NCBI GenBank assembly: GCA_001949185.1
Contig: BDGG01000003.1
Coordinates: 190,679-254,678 of the forward strand
DNA from: Ramazzottius varieornatus
Taxonomy: Eukaryota > Animalia > Tardigrada
Reading direction: 5' to 3'
Length of the DNA stretch: 64,000 nt
Positions within the stretch are counted from its first letter, which is position 1. Each line of letters opens with the position of its first letter. Below the pieces are notes generated by a model that saw nothing but the letters and a program-made list of their open reading frames with translations, made no database searches and was not told the origin of the DNA. Below are positions 24,677-37,063 of this stretch, in pieces. The translations under genes were made by a program, and so were the position numbers.

Positions 24677-26283
24677 TTCTCACAACTGAAACTTTCTCAC
24701 GCAGTTTCGAATCAGTGCTTTGCTCGAAGGTTCAGGAATTCAACGATCATGTGCTGCTGCTCGAAGGTTCAGGAATCCAACGATCATGTGCTGCTCGGGG
24801 TTTTGTCAGTGTGGTTGGAGCATCGGAATCGGTAGACAGCTGTGAACGCGTCTTGAGCTTCAGAGTTGCACTTGGAGATCGGACACAGTATTGGAATGGC
24901 GACCTTTGTTTGTGTTCCGACAGCCGTAATGCTTGTAACACAAGTGCCTGTCATACCCGGCAGTCTTACTTTGATTCATTTAACTGTGCTCTTGTCTCTG
25001 TTCCGGTTTTCCCGCTCGTAAACCCAGCGGCGAACGATGCTGCAAATATCAGTGTAACAGTATGTTTACGTAAGATGGTATGTACTATGGTGGAGCTTTT
25101 CTACTCTTCATTCTGTAGGCAGTAAAGTTTTACAGTACACCTACGATGGGAGATTATGGAACAGGCGGAAGAGACGACAAAATGGAAAATTAATCGTGGA
25201 GAAAGCTGAGAAGCATCGAAAAGTGTATTAGAGTGAGTCGGCCGTGTACGTACACTGTACGTGCATCCGTGTCCCTACTGTTCTCATTTGCATTCTCGTA
25301 TCTCCTGAACTCGCTGTCTAACTTCGATAACCACAAGGCTATTCCGAAGCAGATAGCTTGAAATCTTCAAACGAGTGACGGTCGAGCCGATTCGTCGAGC
25401 CGATGGGCACTGTTCATGACAATTTTCTACCGTTAAATTTCACTGCGTTACGTCATATGCTCGCTTTTCGTTGCTGGCTCGCATTTAGCATGTAAATTTG
25501 CCGTCCTTTCCGCTGTCTCATACTTTTTACTGTCCCATACTTACCCATCTTACGTGTAATAAAAAGAGTATACGACCTCTTCGCGAAAGTTTCGTATGAA
25601 ACTTCTCCTGGAGATTGCTTCTGCCGCAATCAACGGAGCCATGTTTTCGCTACATCTGGCAATTTCGTTGTTTCCCTGAAGCTATCACGTAACGAGAGAG
25701 CGAGACCCCAAAAACGACGCTCATTTCGTTGTTCGAACCGGCGAGAGATTGCGGTTGGTTGATTGATTGAAGAGTCGGCTCGACTGTCACGCGCCTGTTT
25801 CGTCAAGCTGTCTGTTGCAAAAAAGCCTTAAGATCATCAAAGTTGGACAACGGGTTCAGCAGATACAAGGATGCAAATGAGCATCATGAGGTGGCGGTGT
25901 AATATATGACGATGACTGTATAAGCTGCATTTTGAGTGGTTTGAACCTCGTGTCATTCGACCTCACAAGACTAATAATGCCAAACGGTAAATCTTCAGTA
26001 GCATGGGAAAGCAAAGTTCCTGATATCGATGCCAAGATTGCTACATGGCGGGCCAGGCATCGTATCACGACCGCGATAAAAGGTGTTTACTGCCTGTAAT
26101 GTTTATACAGTTCATAGGAAAAGTGCGCAACGGTTGGAAACCAGGCCGGCTCTCACACCCCAGTCTCGTGGCCTTCTTCCACCTATATGCTGACCGTTTC
26201 CAGCCAAAATATGCTGGTGTGTTAAAAGAATTCGCCCAAGTGAATATTCACCCAATTACCATCAGCTACTCTTCAATGTCACA

Positions 26284-26970
26284 ATGTGGGAAAGCGGGCA
26301 TCTCGTTTTAGGAATGGTTATGGCTCTTGTCTCAATGTCAGGTAAGTTCGGATATTTGCCGATTAGCATAACACTACATTGTAGAATTTTCTAATAGCTG
26401 GTATCGCAGTTGCAGTGGGAAAGAAGTCAGAGGGTCTAATCTGCAACGTCTGCAACTCGATGACAGAAGGAAAAGTAACAGCATGCAGAGAGCCATCGAC
26501 GTACTTTTCGGTCAACTGTACGGCAAAGATCCCCCACTTGAAGTACTGTGTCCTGATTAACGGGAATCTCACTACGGTGGAGTCCAACGGCTTCAGGAAT
26601 GAAGTTATAGGTACGGACATCGTAGCCATGCTGATTGACTGATTACTACTGTATCGGGCATCTCTATTTCGCAGGACCCAGGAGAAGTTGCGAATTCGAT
26701 CTGGATCGGTATGAATTGTTCTCGAAAGACCAGAAGCCGGGCTGTTTCAAGAGAACCATCGACAAACCGCACTATTTAGCTTACACGCATTTCCATTTCG
26801 ACGGTGAAATCTGTCTGTGTAACGACGAGGATAACTGTAACTCGGGCGACACCTGGGTACCCAAGCAGAAAGTGGGTACCAAACACGGCAAAAGTTCAGC
26901 ACGCACGAACACATCCCTTCGATTGATATTAGTGGTGTATTCTTTTATTTTTCTTGTTCTTTCATGGTGA
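26284..26970 (+). CDS. Ly6/three-finger (quiver-like) GPI-type protein
   Basis: Exons 26284-26341, 26398-26610 (LICNVC..C..C..YC) and 26675-26970 (RSC..GC..CLCNDEDNCN plus hydrophobic tail). Confidence 0.82.
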
Positions 26971-27463
26971 GGAATCTTTCACCTTTTTCCCTGATGTTGG
27001 TTTTCGTAGCTTGGGCTGTCTGAGCTTGCAATGCAGTACTCTGCTGATCGTGTGAAGTACGGAAGAAATACGATAGGACATGTGTACCGAGTGCCGTCGT
27101 GAAAATGATATGTACTTGGGATTTTTCATACTAGAAGTACGGATACCGCCACCGCGAAAATAGCCTTGACATCAACAATGGCAGTTATGACAAATTCGAC
27201 CTGAACAATGGACACATGAGTCAGAACGCGCAGCCATTACGTCGGATGAGACTATCGGCTAGTTTTCGTCAACACAAAGCAGTGATAGTTGGATCCTCAA
27301 GTCATTTTCTCTTCTACAATTATTTTGACTAGGCGATCGTTTCCAACTTTTAGTTACTGATGCATGGATGTTCTAACGTTTAGCTTTACCACGTATACAC
27401 AATACACTACGGCTTTTTATTGCTGTCTGCATATTCCCAGATATTGTATAAACTGCCGTCAAA

Positions 27464-29076
27464 ATGGAAAAATGGTATTGTAACGGTACGTTAGCTGGAT
27501 GCCTTTTGGGCGGGGTATCTGTCTCGCCTATGTTTCGCACAATGCTGTTTTCTAGGTGTGTACGGAATAGTCTTTCCCGTATTCTTCTCTGTTGTGATAT
27601 ACGGTCGTTATCCGGTACGTTTCACAGTCACATTCTCGAACCTTTTCCACATGGATCTTTCTGTTGGAAGGCAAACATCAGAAATTTGTCAACTGATTCT
27701 TACAGCAGCAGCAAAGGAGCAGTCAGTCGGCATTCTGTAATGGTCCACCGGGTTACAAAGCCGATGTACTTTCCGGTTGTGAGACGTACCACTATTGCCA
27801 CTCTGACGGTACTCGCGAGAGCTTCTCCTGTCCCTTTGGTATGGTCTTTGACGAGATGCGGAGCACCTGCGACACATGGAACAACGTCAACTGCCCAGGT
27901 CCCACTGGTGGCATCGTCAGTGCCAGCAGCCCAGAAGGTACATCGCCGAACCAGCCACCACCCGCCAGTGACGTGCCACCCAATCCTCCTGCTCACCTTC
28001 CCAGTAGCCCTCCCAACCCTGCTAACCCTAACGGTGGTACGCCTATGGACTTCCTGGCGGCTTTGCTGTTTCCTCCACTATCTAACCAACAGAACCTCGG
28101 CGACTTTGTGCACACAGCGCCATCGGGTGTCCGGCAGTCCTTCATGCGAGTAGCGGGCGAAGGTCAGCTGTCACCTAATCAGCCATATCCACCTTACGTC
28201 GAGCCGTTATCCAATACACCATATCGACCGGTTCCTCAAGAGCACCCCTCATACAATGAAGGTGGCAGCCGTGGAGGAGGAGGTAAATTTTCTGACGAAA
28301 TACAGTAAAATACCGTCTAGACGTTTTCGCAGAGCTGAGATTTATCTTAACGTCCGAAACATTTCCATTTTTCGTTTGAAATTGAAATTTTAATTTCCTT
28401 TCAGTTTTTTGCAGCTTCGTTTACAGTAAACAATTTTCAGCGGTAAAATACACAACTTGTTGTTAGGTATGGGTGGAATGGGTCGCGAGTCTCCCGCGTC
28501 GAATAATGGCGGGTACAGAGGGCGCAACATGCGGCCTTCGCCAGCCATGAATCCTCTAGAGATGCCACCGAGTAATCAGCACGGATATGACAGCGGACCA
28601 GTGCCGCCACATTTAATGGAGCGGGTGGCAGGTCCCTTGATCAGCGCCCCTCAGTCCCCTGCCCTGTCGTACAGTCACATGTTCGGGCAGCTGAACATGC
28701 CCACGGCCAACAATACCTACAGCATACCGCCGTCACTCCAACCCATTCCTGGTCTGACCCCCAACGCGCAGATCGAAGCCTTGAGACCGATATGGCAATC
28801 GCTGAGACGAAACCCATACCAGCCGCACTTGCGAAGGATGGCTTCGCTGATCGCTGGCGGAACTGCGGTACGAATCGAACAAACTGTTTTAACGTCCTCG
28901 TACAGCTCCCAACAGTGCGGATGTTATTTCAGATGGATATGGGAATAGTGAATGGAAACATGGTGAACGATCCACTTGGAACGAAATCGGCGGTCGATCC
29001 CGCACTCGACCCAGCTTTGGCAGGAGCAAAGAAAAGCAAAGCGTTAGATGACGGTCTAGTTGACGCCAGAAGATAA
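27464..29076 (+). CDS. Chitin-binding type-2 (CBM14/peritrophin-A) protein with a long Pro-rich tail
   Basis: Short hydrophobic N-terminal exons, then CNGPPGYKADVLSGCETYHYCHSDG..FSCPFGMVFDEMRSTCDTWNNVNC (six-Cys pattern). Later exons run to 28282, ~28467-28868 and 28933-29076. Confidence 0.78.
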
Positions 29077-30129
29077 TCATCGCGCTTTGAATACAGCCCA
29101 TCGAAACCGCGCAATATAGTTTTACTGCTTTTGTCGGCAAATGTTTCATTTTGAATGTACTGTGGCTATACTGTGGCAGGTGATGAAATTCCACACTGTT
29201 CAGTGCGAGTTGTCCCTCTCTCTTTTTTGCGGGTTTGAACCTATCGAAGGGAACGTGAAATTTGAGTGTTGTGAGCGTTAGCGTTCGGAGATTTCGAAGA
29301 TGGTTGGGTATACTGTACATACTTTGTAGTGATGCTTGGAGAATAAAAAGCACATGACGTACTAAAACTGGCTCTTTGATTGTCGATCAACTGAATCCAG
29401 ACGTATCAAAGCTTGATGCCATCGTGGCGTGTTTGGATGAAACCAATGCGGTCAAGTTCAAGTTTAATCCTGGTTGAAGATGAACTGGACGGGTAAGATC
29501 ATCCATCTTTTGATCTGTATCGTTCATGACATTAAATGATGCAGCTATCCCCAAGATCTGTCACATTCACCTAAAGACGTTCATAGCTGACAACTACCTC
29601 TGTATGGACCCACAACGCCCATCTAAGCATTACAACACGGTGTAGGAAACGTGAGCTGTGTGCGTTCATTAGCATGGAGCCATGTTAATGACAACCGGTC
29701 GCCAAGATGGCGCATGTCATCGCACCCGCGCAAGCTGACGTGCGAGCCACGCTAAGCTCCTGGAAGAACGGCCAGCTCTGCATGAGCCGGCACGACCGTG
29801 GCCTACAAGGCAGCGGTCATTATTTTGCGACAACTTCTTAGCATCCAATTAACGACCCCTCATTATGATGCTGGCCGGCAAAGAAGAGGCGCACTTGCCC
29901 TATAAAGAGCGCTTACACAACACTTGAGCGTCTTTCCATACCATCTTTCGCATTCGAGCTCCTCATTAACCGACAGTATCGTTTCCAAGTTTCTCGCGCA
30001 TATCATCTCGCTGTCTTCGCTGCAGCATTCCATTATGAGGGCAGTTCGGTCCGCTTGCTGAGTCTTGCTAACGTTCTCGTTTTTCTTCTCGTATCATCTT
30101 CCCATACTACACTTCCTATTCGAGGAACG

Positions 30130-30979
30130 ATGGTCTGTCAGAGGACTTCGCTGTTGTTCTGGCTCGTGTGGATAATATCATGGTGCAGCATCGTGGTCCA
30201 AAGTCTGCCGGCGCCTGGCTCGCATGGAGCGGAGAATAGCGGCAGCAACCACAACAGCAACAACATTCGGCCCGCCAACCTTCAAGCAGCGCACAACTCT
30301 GTCCAGAACCATCCTCCATACAACCCACCGCAGCAGTTCCATTCGGGGAACCAGCAAGGAAGTGTTAACGGCCCAAATTCTATTAACATGGAAGCCGCGT
30401 CATCGAATTCCTATGGAAGTTACTCTGGGTAAGTGCGCAGCTGTTGTACGTTGAACCTTTTCGTGACTGTATCTGACGAGACCTCGTAAGTAACGTATAC
30501 GGTTTGTGCACAGTGGCGGTGGTGGTTACGACGGCGGCAGTAACTACGGAGGTGACAACAATTACGGCTTCGACTGCTATGGGAAGAAACCCGGAATGTA
30601 TGGCGACGCAAGCTACGACTGTAAGGTCACCCTTTCTATCCCTAACATCTGCCATGGAACTGGGAAGCCACTCTATAATTTCAGGTCGGATATACCACGT
30701 CTGCCAAGCGGACGGCAGATCAGACACGCTCTATTGTCCGAAATGGACCCGCTTCAACAACTACAACGGTGTATGTGACTGGCATTTTAAGGTAAAGATA
30801 ACTATTCAGAACGAGGAAGTGAATATTGTGGAAAAATAACGACAGTGATCTTCACTTTCTTCCTTCAGGTGGATAACTACTGTAATCCTCTGTACAAAGA
30901 AGACTCCTACGGCTCCGGCGGTTCCAACTACGGTGGCGGGTCCACTTACGGAAGTAGCGGCGGCGGCGGAGGGTACTAG
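30130..30979 (+). CDS. Secreted Gly/Tyr/Ser-rich CBM14 protein (cuticle-like)
   Basis: Signal peptide; spliced FDCYGKKPGMYGDASYDC-RIYHVCQADGRSDTLYCPKWTRFNNYNGVCDWHFK-VDNYC; GYG-rich ends. Confidence 0.82.
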
Positions 30980-32269
30980 ACTGTAGACATGGCTTTGTAC
31001 ATTCCTGCTCAATTATCCGCTGTAGATACATGGACGAGAGCCGCCAGCCACGTGAGACTGAGTTCTCAACCTTATAATTCATCAAGTGCCCGTACACAAT
31101 GGGCCTTACAGTACTTACCGGGTTTGTCTGACATTGTTATGCCATTGACTTGTGCAGTGGCTTAAGAGCTGCAGACGTTGTGAGATAATCATGCGGCGCT
31201 TGTGGACATCTCGTTGTGCATGGTGGTGGATTAGCTTGTAAACGCTTAATCTTTGAGTAAATAACTGGGGCTCAAGTATGTGTCAAGTTCAAGAAACAGC
31301 TAAGCGGAAACTTCGCTCCCTGCTCTGGGTTTCACCCTGCAGCCAGTAAATCCGGGTTTGTTAGCATACTAGTGTCCGTCCGGATTGCTGAATATTCTAC
31401 TCGTCTTTTGACAACCAAACCCAGACGATATGGAAATGCGCAGGTTGAGTGGTATGACTTGTAAGCTACTCTTGGTGTCGGTTCAGCACAGTACTCGTGC
31501 TGGAGCTCCAGCTAGCTCGTGCAGCTAATGTGACATACGTTTTGGTCGTGCGTTACTGGAACCAGTATCACAGACTGCAGGAAAAACCGATAAATTTAAA
31601 GCTCTGTGAATTTGGCCGCGTTGTTTGTGCGGAATCTAAGACTTTCTAGTTTGGGAGGAAGCTCAGTATCAAATCGTGTCTAGTCATAAGAGCTTCGTTC
31701 TTCAGAAGATGTAAACATGACTAATTTTCTTTTCTGCCACAAGAACAAACTCTTTGTCGCCCCAAACAAGAGAAATCCCGGAACTAATTTATTATTTTGA
31801 AATACGAGTGATACTGGCGAGATACCAGTCCAACGAGTTGTAACCAGCAGACGTTTTGAAGTGGGTAGGGATAGTGAGGATGACACCGTGAAGCCTGTCA
31901 TCTTGACACTGTGTCGAGCTGTAAAGCCGGTAGCGAGTAAACAGTCCACCTCATAAATAACCAACAGCAACAGCCTGCCGCTCGTCGACCGTCCCGTAAA
32001 CAGCCCAGCGAACAAAATCTGTTTGCGCTCACTTACCGATATTCATGATGCAAAGTGAAGAAAGAACTTGACACGTCCACAAGAAGCTGACCAGCAGCCG
32101 AGTTGGCCTTATAAGCTGTCGCGGAGAAATATGAGCTCTCACTTGTATCGTAAACTTGTGCTCTTCAACACCTTCCAGCTCTTGGTCAACGTACTCCAAC
32201 ATTACACCTGGAACTACCGTGGAATCTTTTGTCTCAGTCGCAGTCTCAGTCTCACTTTGATTGTCCACC

Positions 32270-33227
32270 ATGAGTCGACCATCCGTCCAGTTACCGCTAC
32301 TCCTTCTGATAACATGTAGTCCTTTTTTTATAACGGGACAGATACATCGGTACTTCGATCAACCTCTGCAAATCCTATCTCACCGAACCGAGATCGACAC
32401 GCCGGCTGGAGGACCTGGTAGCGAGCCTATTGCTGCGGCCAGCTCGTATTCAGGCGGGTAAGTCCCCACATCAACCCCGCAACCTGTTTGGCACCAATAC
32501 GTTCTCATTCAATTTTTGAGTTCATATGTACTTTCGGCTAGCCATTTGGATGGTTCATCGCTACGCTAGACGGTTGTTGAAGCTGACTGGTTGATATTCT
32601 GCGATTTTCAGACAAATGGCGGCTCCGCAGTACGGTTCTTCCAATATGAAACCATACCAAAGTAGCGTCAGTTCATACGGGTACGTCGCTATTTTCGAAG
32701 TGCATTTAGTTCGGTATACTGTAAAACAACCGAAGTGGTATAAATCTTTTTTTTCGAACAGTGGACAAACCTCCCAGCAGCCGTACGGTTCGGGTTCGTC
32801 CGGCTACAGTTCGAACAACAACGTGCAAGGATACCCTCTGACGTCAGGGAGCCAGGACTACGGTAACAGTCACGACAGCAACCCTTCGGCCTACGGTTTC
32901 AACTGTTACGGCAAGCCACCGGCGCTGTACGGAGATGCCAACTACGACTGTCGCATCTTCCACGTCTGCCAGGCCGATGGACGCGGTGACACGCTACACT
33001 GCCCCAAAGACACAAAGTTCAATAACTACTTGGGTGTATGTGACTGGGAGTTCAAGATTGACAGGACTTGTATGCCATTGTACAAGGAAGAGCAGTACAG
33101 CGCCGCAAACTCCGGCTACGAATCTGGACAAGGCAGTTATGGAGGTTCGTCGCAGAGCAGCTATGGCGGGTCACAAGGAAGTTATGGCGGACAACAACAA
33201 CCACAAAGATATCGACGGCGGCGATAG
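32270..33227 (+). CDS. Paralogous Gly/Tyr/Ser-rich CBM14 protein
   Basis: FNCYGKPPALYGDANYDCRIFHVCQADGRGDTLHCPKDTKFNNYLGVCDWEFKIDRTC; SYGG repeats; short upstream exons. Confidence 0.82.
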
Positions 33228-33799
33228 TCGATACTGCTTTCTGTGTCTGATTTCCTCATGATAACTTGAGTTCTCAGCTATTCTCGACATACTGTAGTTC
33301 ATCAAACGAAACTATTTATTTGACGCTAAGTTGGCGCATGTATGCCTTGTAAAAGCAAAAAAACAACCATACGAAAAGAGGAGATTCGTGGTCGGATCAC
33401 GCTTCGGAAGTCAATCTTTCATTGTGACTGATGTATATTATTACTATTCTTCGACACGTCTCTGCATGGTGGCAAAAAAGGTAGCGGAAGGATCGTGACA
33501 CCGTCGGCGCACCAGGAAGAACATACCCATTTCTGCTTGATCCGCAAGCTTCTGCAGGGGTTGTGTGGTGCAGTAATTCTCCGATGTTCTCCACTTCCGG
33601 TTTATTTCCGGGTTCCGTACAAGGCGTTGTATATATAAAGCATACATTGTTATTATTGCACAAAACGTAGAAGCTACAAAGCAGCTTATGACTGTTAATG
33701 TAGTTCTGTTTCGTAACTGCCCGATTACCTTTTTGGTACGGGATGAACACTTCAAAGAAAGTCGAAAATTACCCATCGGGCTATTTAGAGCATATTTAG

Positions 33800-34776
33800 C
33801 GCGCTAACTTTACGGTACTCGGAAACCTAACCCATGCTTCACCACAAGCAGTTTGGTCTGTACTTTCCGCAGACGTCCTTGCGTCCATTGTTATCGGCGG
33901 CGGTCTCAACGTCAGCTTGCTTTTCGTCTTTATCTGGCACAGAACCCTACGCAATTCTTTTTCCGTGTATGTAACCAATGCATTACTCACCAGCATCATC
34001 AACGTTAACCTTCTCATGCAAGGTCCATTGTCGATCATCGACAAATACTATCGTCGTGGACCTTCGGTCTCCCACTTTGTTTCTTCCAAAACTACATTGA
34101 TTTCACCTAGCAAAGCTACTTGCCGGTCGCCTGCGCCCTGATCGCCCTAAACCGCGTATGGGCCGTCATCTTTCCCTTTTCTTACCGCACCCACCATTCG
34201 GCTAAAACCGCCATCTTGATCTGTGTCACCGCCTGGATCCTGACAAACATCGGCAACATTCCGGTAGCCGTCGTGACTTCAAAAATCAGAACCCGAGCTG
34301 ATGGTACTCTGCAGTGTAGCCGCGATCTAGACTCTATGGGAATATGGAGCACCATTTGGGAAATCGTTATGTACGTATTACCAATCTACACAGTAATCAT
34401 GGCTTATCCCATCGTTTGCTACAAGTCTTTCTTCACTGACCGGAAACCGCGAGTTCTACTCCAAGGTCCTAGTGGTCAGGCTGATTCTAACGCTGTTAGT
34501 GCTGTGAAAACTAATACAACAAGTGTCCGGGCATTGGGCGTCAACGGGAAGCCGGGCGGGTTCCTGATCTCAACTCTCATGACACTGAACGTGGCTATCT
34601 GTCTGCTGCCGAAAGAGACGTATTACACCATCATGATGCTAACTGACGTCGAACTACCGCTGTTCTACGCGGTGGCCGAACGACTCGGTCCCATCGTCGA
34701 TCCGATACTGATTGTGCTGGGTAACACGGAACTTCGCAGAATGGCATTCGGGCGAATTTGTCGTCACTGCAAGTGA
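33800..34776 (+). pseudogene. Intronless rhodopsin-like GPCR pseudogene
   Basis: TM1 (GLN), LRNSF, WTFG..C, ALNRVWA in place of DRY, and DP in TM7. Frameshift near 34055, TAG near 34108, no clear start. Confidence 0.75.
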
Positions 34777-35569
34777 TATCAGACTTACGGATCAAATATG
34801 GCTACACGCACGACGGCTACACGCTAGCTACGGCGGTACCGTGATTTGACGTAAACAATCAGGAGCTTGATTCGGAGGTTCACTCTCCAGCAACGCGCGG
34901 TTCAGCAGCACTACAGTGCCTACGAGGCACCGACGAGTATTTCTCTTCATCTGTTCATCTTATTTACAGAAGGCACGGTAGAGCCGCGCAAAATTTTTCA
35001 TATGACGTTGCTGTTCTTCTGAACTGTGGAGCGGTGGTGACTTTTTCTTCTTGAATTCTGCAAAATACTTTCGTGGAGAAGAATGGCACGTCTTGCCTGT
35101 TTCTTGTTAGCGTCCGCGTGCTTGGCAATACTGGTTTCAACCAGAAGTGAGGCAAAGCCCGGGAAGTGTCCGTATGCGGAAAAGAATCCTGGAGCCGGAC
35201 ATTGCGTATACAGAGTTGTGTAGGAGACGACGCGTGCCCCTGGGAGCAGAAATGCTGTCGCTGGTCCTTTGAGCTGCGGGAGTTCCTGCAAAGATCTCCC
35301 TGATTCAACGAGCGTCATTGAAAGACTGCATCACTAAAGTGTACGCCTTTGACCGCTACAGTAATCTGTAGACTTCTTTCCGAAAGCTCGTTGTTCATGT
35401 TATACCGTCAACACCGATAATAATCAGGCCGAGCGAACGAGGCCCTCAGAAGTCTCATGAAGTCTCATGTTTCGTCAAAACGATCTGACTGTCAAAAATC
35501 GCAAACACACTACTGAAAAAACCTGCGCCATCTGATCGAGTAATTGGTTCGGAATAATTCGCAAATTGC

Positions 35570-36190
35570 TAGTGCTGACAACGATACGGTATACCGATAT
35601 CGTATAGAAATATATCGAATCTTTGCGATAAAATATGCGGCAGATATCGTATCGAAAATATCGATATGAAGCTCACATTGTATAACGGAATAAAATATTC
35701 GGCGATATCGTATGGCGCCATATCGATATATTATCGATATATCGGTATTTTGCTGAATGGCAAACTCGCCAGACGTATCTCGTTTACGGAAGACCATGGT
35801 TGATTTCAAAGACTTGATTTTGGCCATGGTGTACCGAGCACACCCCGCCCATCCGGTTCTGGAACCAATTTTGTCCAGGTTTCCATGTGTTTGAAGTCTT
35901 GGTACAGTCATGTCTTTGCTGCATCCGACGCTTTCGATCTTACTGATACTTTATGTGGAAATCGGCGTCTTGAGTTTTTGGGCTTGAACCAGTGGAGTTG
36001 CGAAAAACTAAAATTCCGGAAATATCGATATGTCGCTGCGATATGATATGATATATCGAAAATACGGTATCGGAAAAATATCGTATCGAAATATCGATAT
36101 CGAATGAATATCGAAGACCGCAATAAAATATCCGCTGATATTGTATCCGAAAATATCGTATCGAATTTTATCGTATTTTTGCCAGCGCTA
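35570..36190. mobile_element. hAT-type MITE rich in ATCGATA/GATATCG motifs
   Basis: TAGTGCTGACAA/TTGCCAGCGCTA termini; TSD CAAATTGC/CAAATCGC (7/8). Confidence 0.8.
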
Positions 36191-36204
36191 CAAATCGCAA
36201 GCCC

Positions 36205-36865
36205 CAAGGACGTATTGAGGTTGGTGGAACGCTATCGCAAACTTTGCAGATCCGCAATTTCTTTCTAGGATACTGCTCAAAATTTTAGTCCGCAGTAAAT
36301 TTTGTCGAAAAGTCGGAAAATTGCAGATCTGCAGCATTTTTTTCACTGGATTTCTTGAAATTGCTGGGGGCAGTTTCGGTAATATTCAAATAATATTTAT
36401 ACCTGCTGGTGAACTGGTAATTTGACGAGGAAGTCCTATGCGGGCTTATTCGGAATATCGGGAATTAGGCTACAGTTGCGGTACCCTGAATTTCTGCAGT
36501 TGTGAGGTGACAGTTGGGTATTTTGATGGATACAAACGTGTAAAAAGTTTAATACATGGCAAAAAGTTAGGAGAAACTAAGTACAAAAACTGGCATCCGT
36601 ACACAGAAAATCAAAATGGCTAGCTCGCGTGCGGCGTCCCACCTGTACAGTCACAGTACTTCGCGCATAAGCGTGCTGCAAATTCAGCTGTCACCCCTTC
36701 AAAGTCAGCTTAGAGCCACCCGCGCCTCCTATAATTCCCAAAAAAATCCAGAAATTGCAGATCTGCAATTTTCTCGAAGTCCGTCTTGAAAAATTGCAGA
36801 TCCGCAATTTTTAAAACCGAAAAGTTCCGCAATTGCAGAGTTGCTCCCCCCTCAATACGTCCTTG
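36205..36865. mobile_element. TIR element (MITE) with TTGCAGATCCGCAA subterminal repeats
   Basis: CAAGGACGTATTGAGG/CCTCAATACGTCCTTG; TSD not clear; related short copy at ~40507-40652. Confidence 0.7.
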
Positions 36866-37063
36866 GTAACATCTAATTTTTCGGTTGATTGATCCGTCAG
36901 TTTTCTTATTGATTGACGAAAAAGTCTTTTCTCTAGCAGAATTTCTTGATTTTCTTCCGAGGTCCGACTTCCTCCGAGTAGTTTCCTTGAACATTCGTAA
37001 GACCTGCCTTGCACCATTCTTGCCTCTTGAAACATACCTGTGGCCGAGGGATCAGTTGGGAAG

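Larger units (their letters stand above)
21054..25022 (+). pseudogene. Ly6/three-finger (quiver-like) gene, probably damaged
   Basis: Signal exon 21054-21128. Exon ~21198-21353 (ALRCITC..C..RCLTF) has AA instead of AG at its acceptor. The last exon from ~24768 (RSC..SC..CLCSDSRNACN) has its hydrophobic tail in a shifted frame. Confidence 0.7.
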
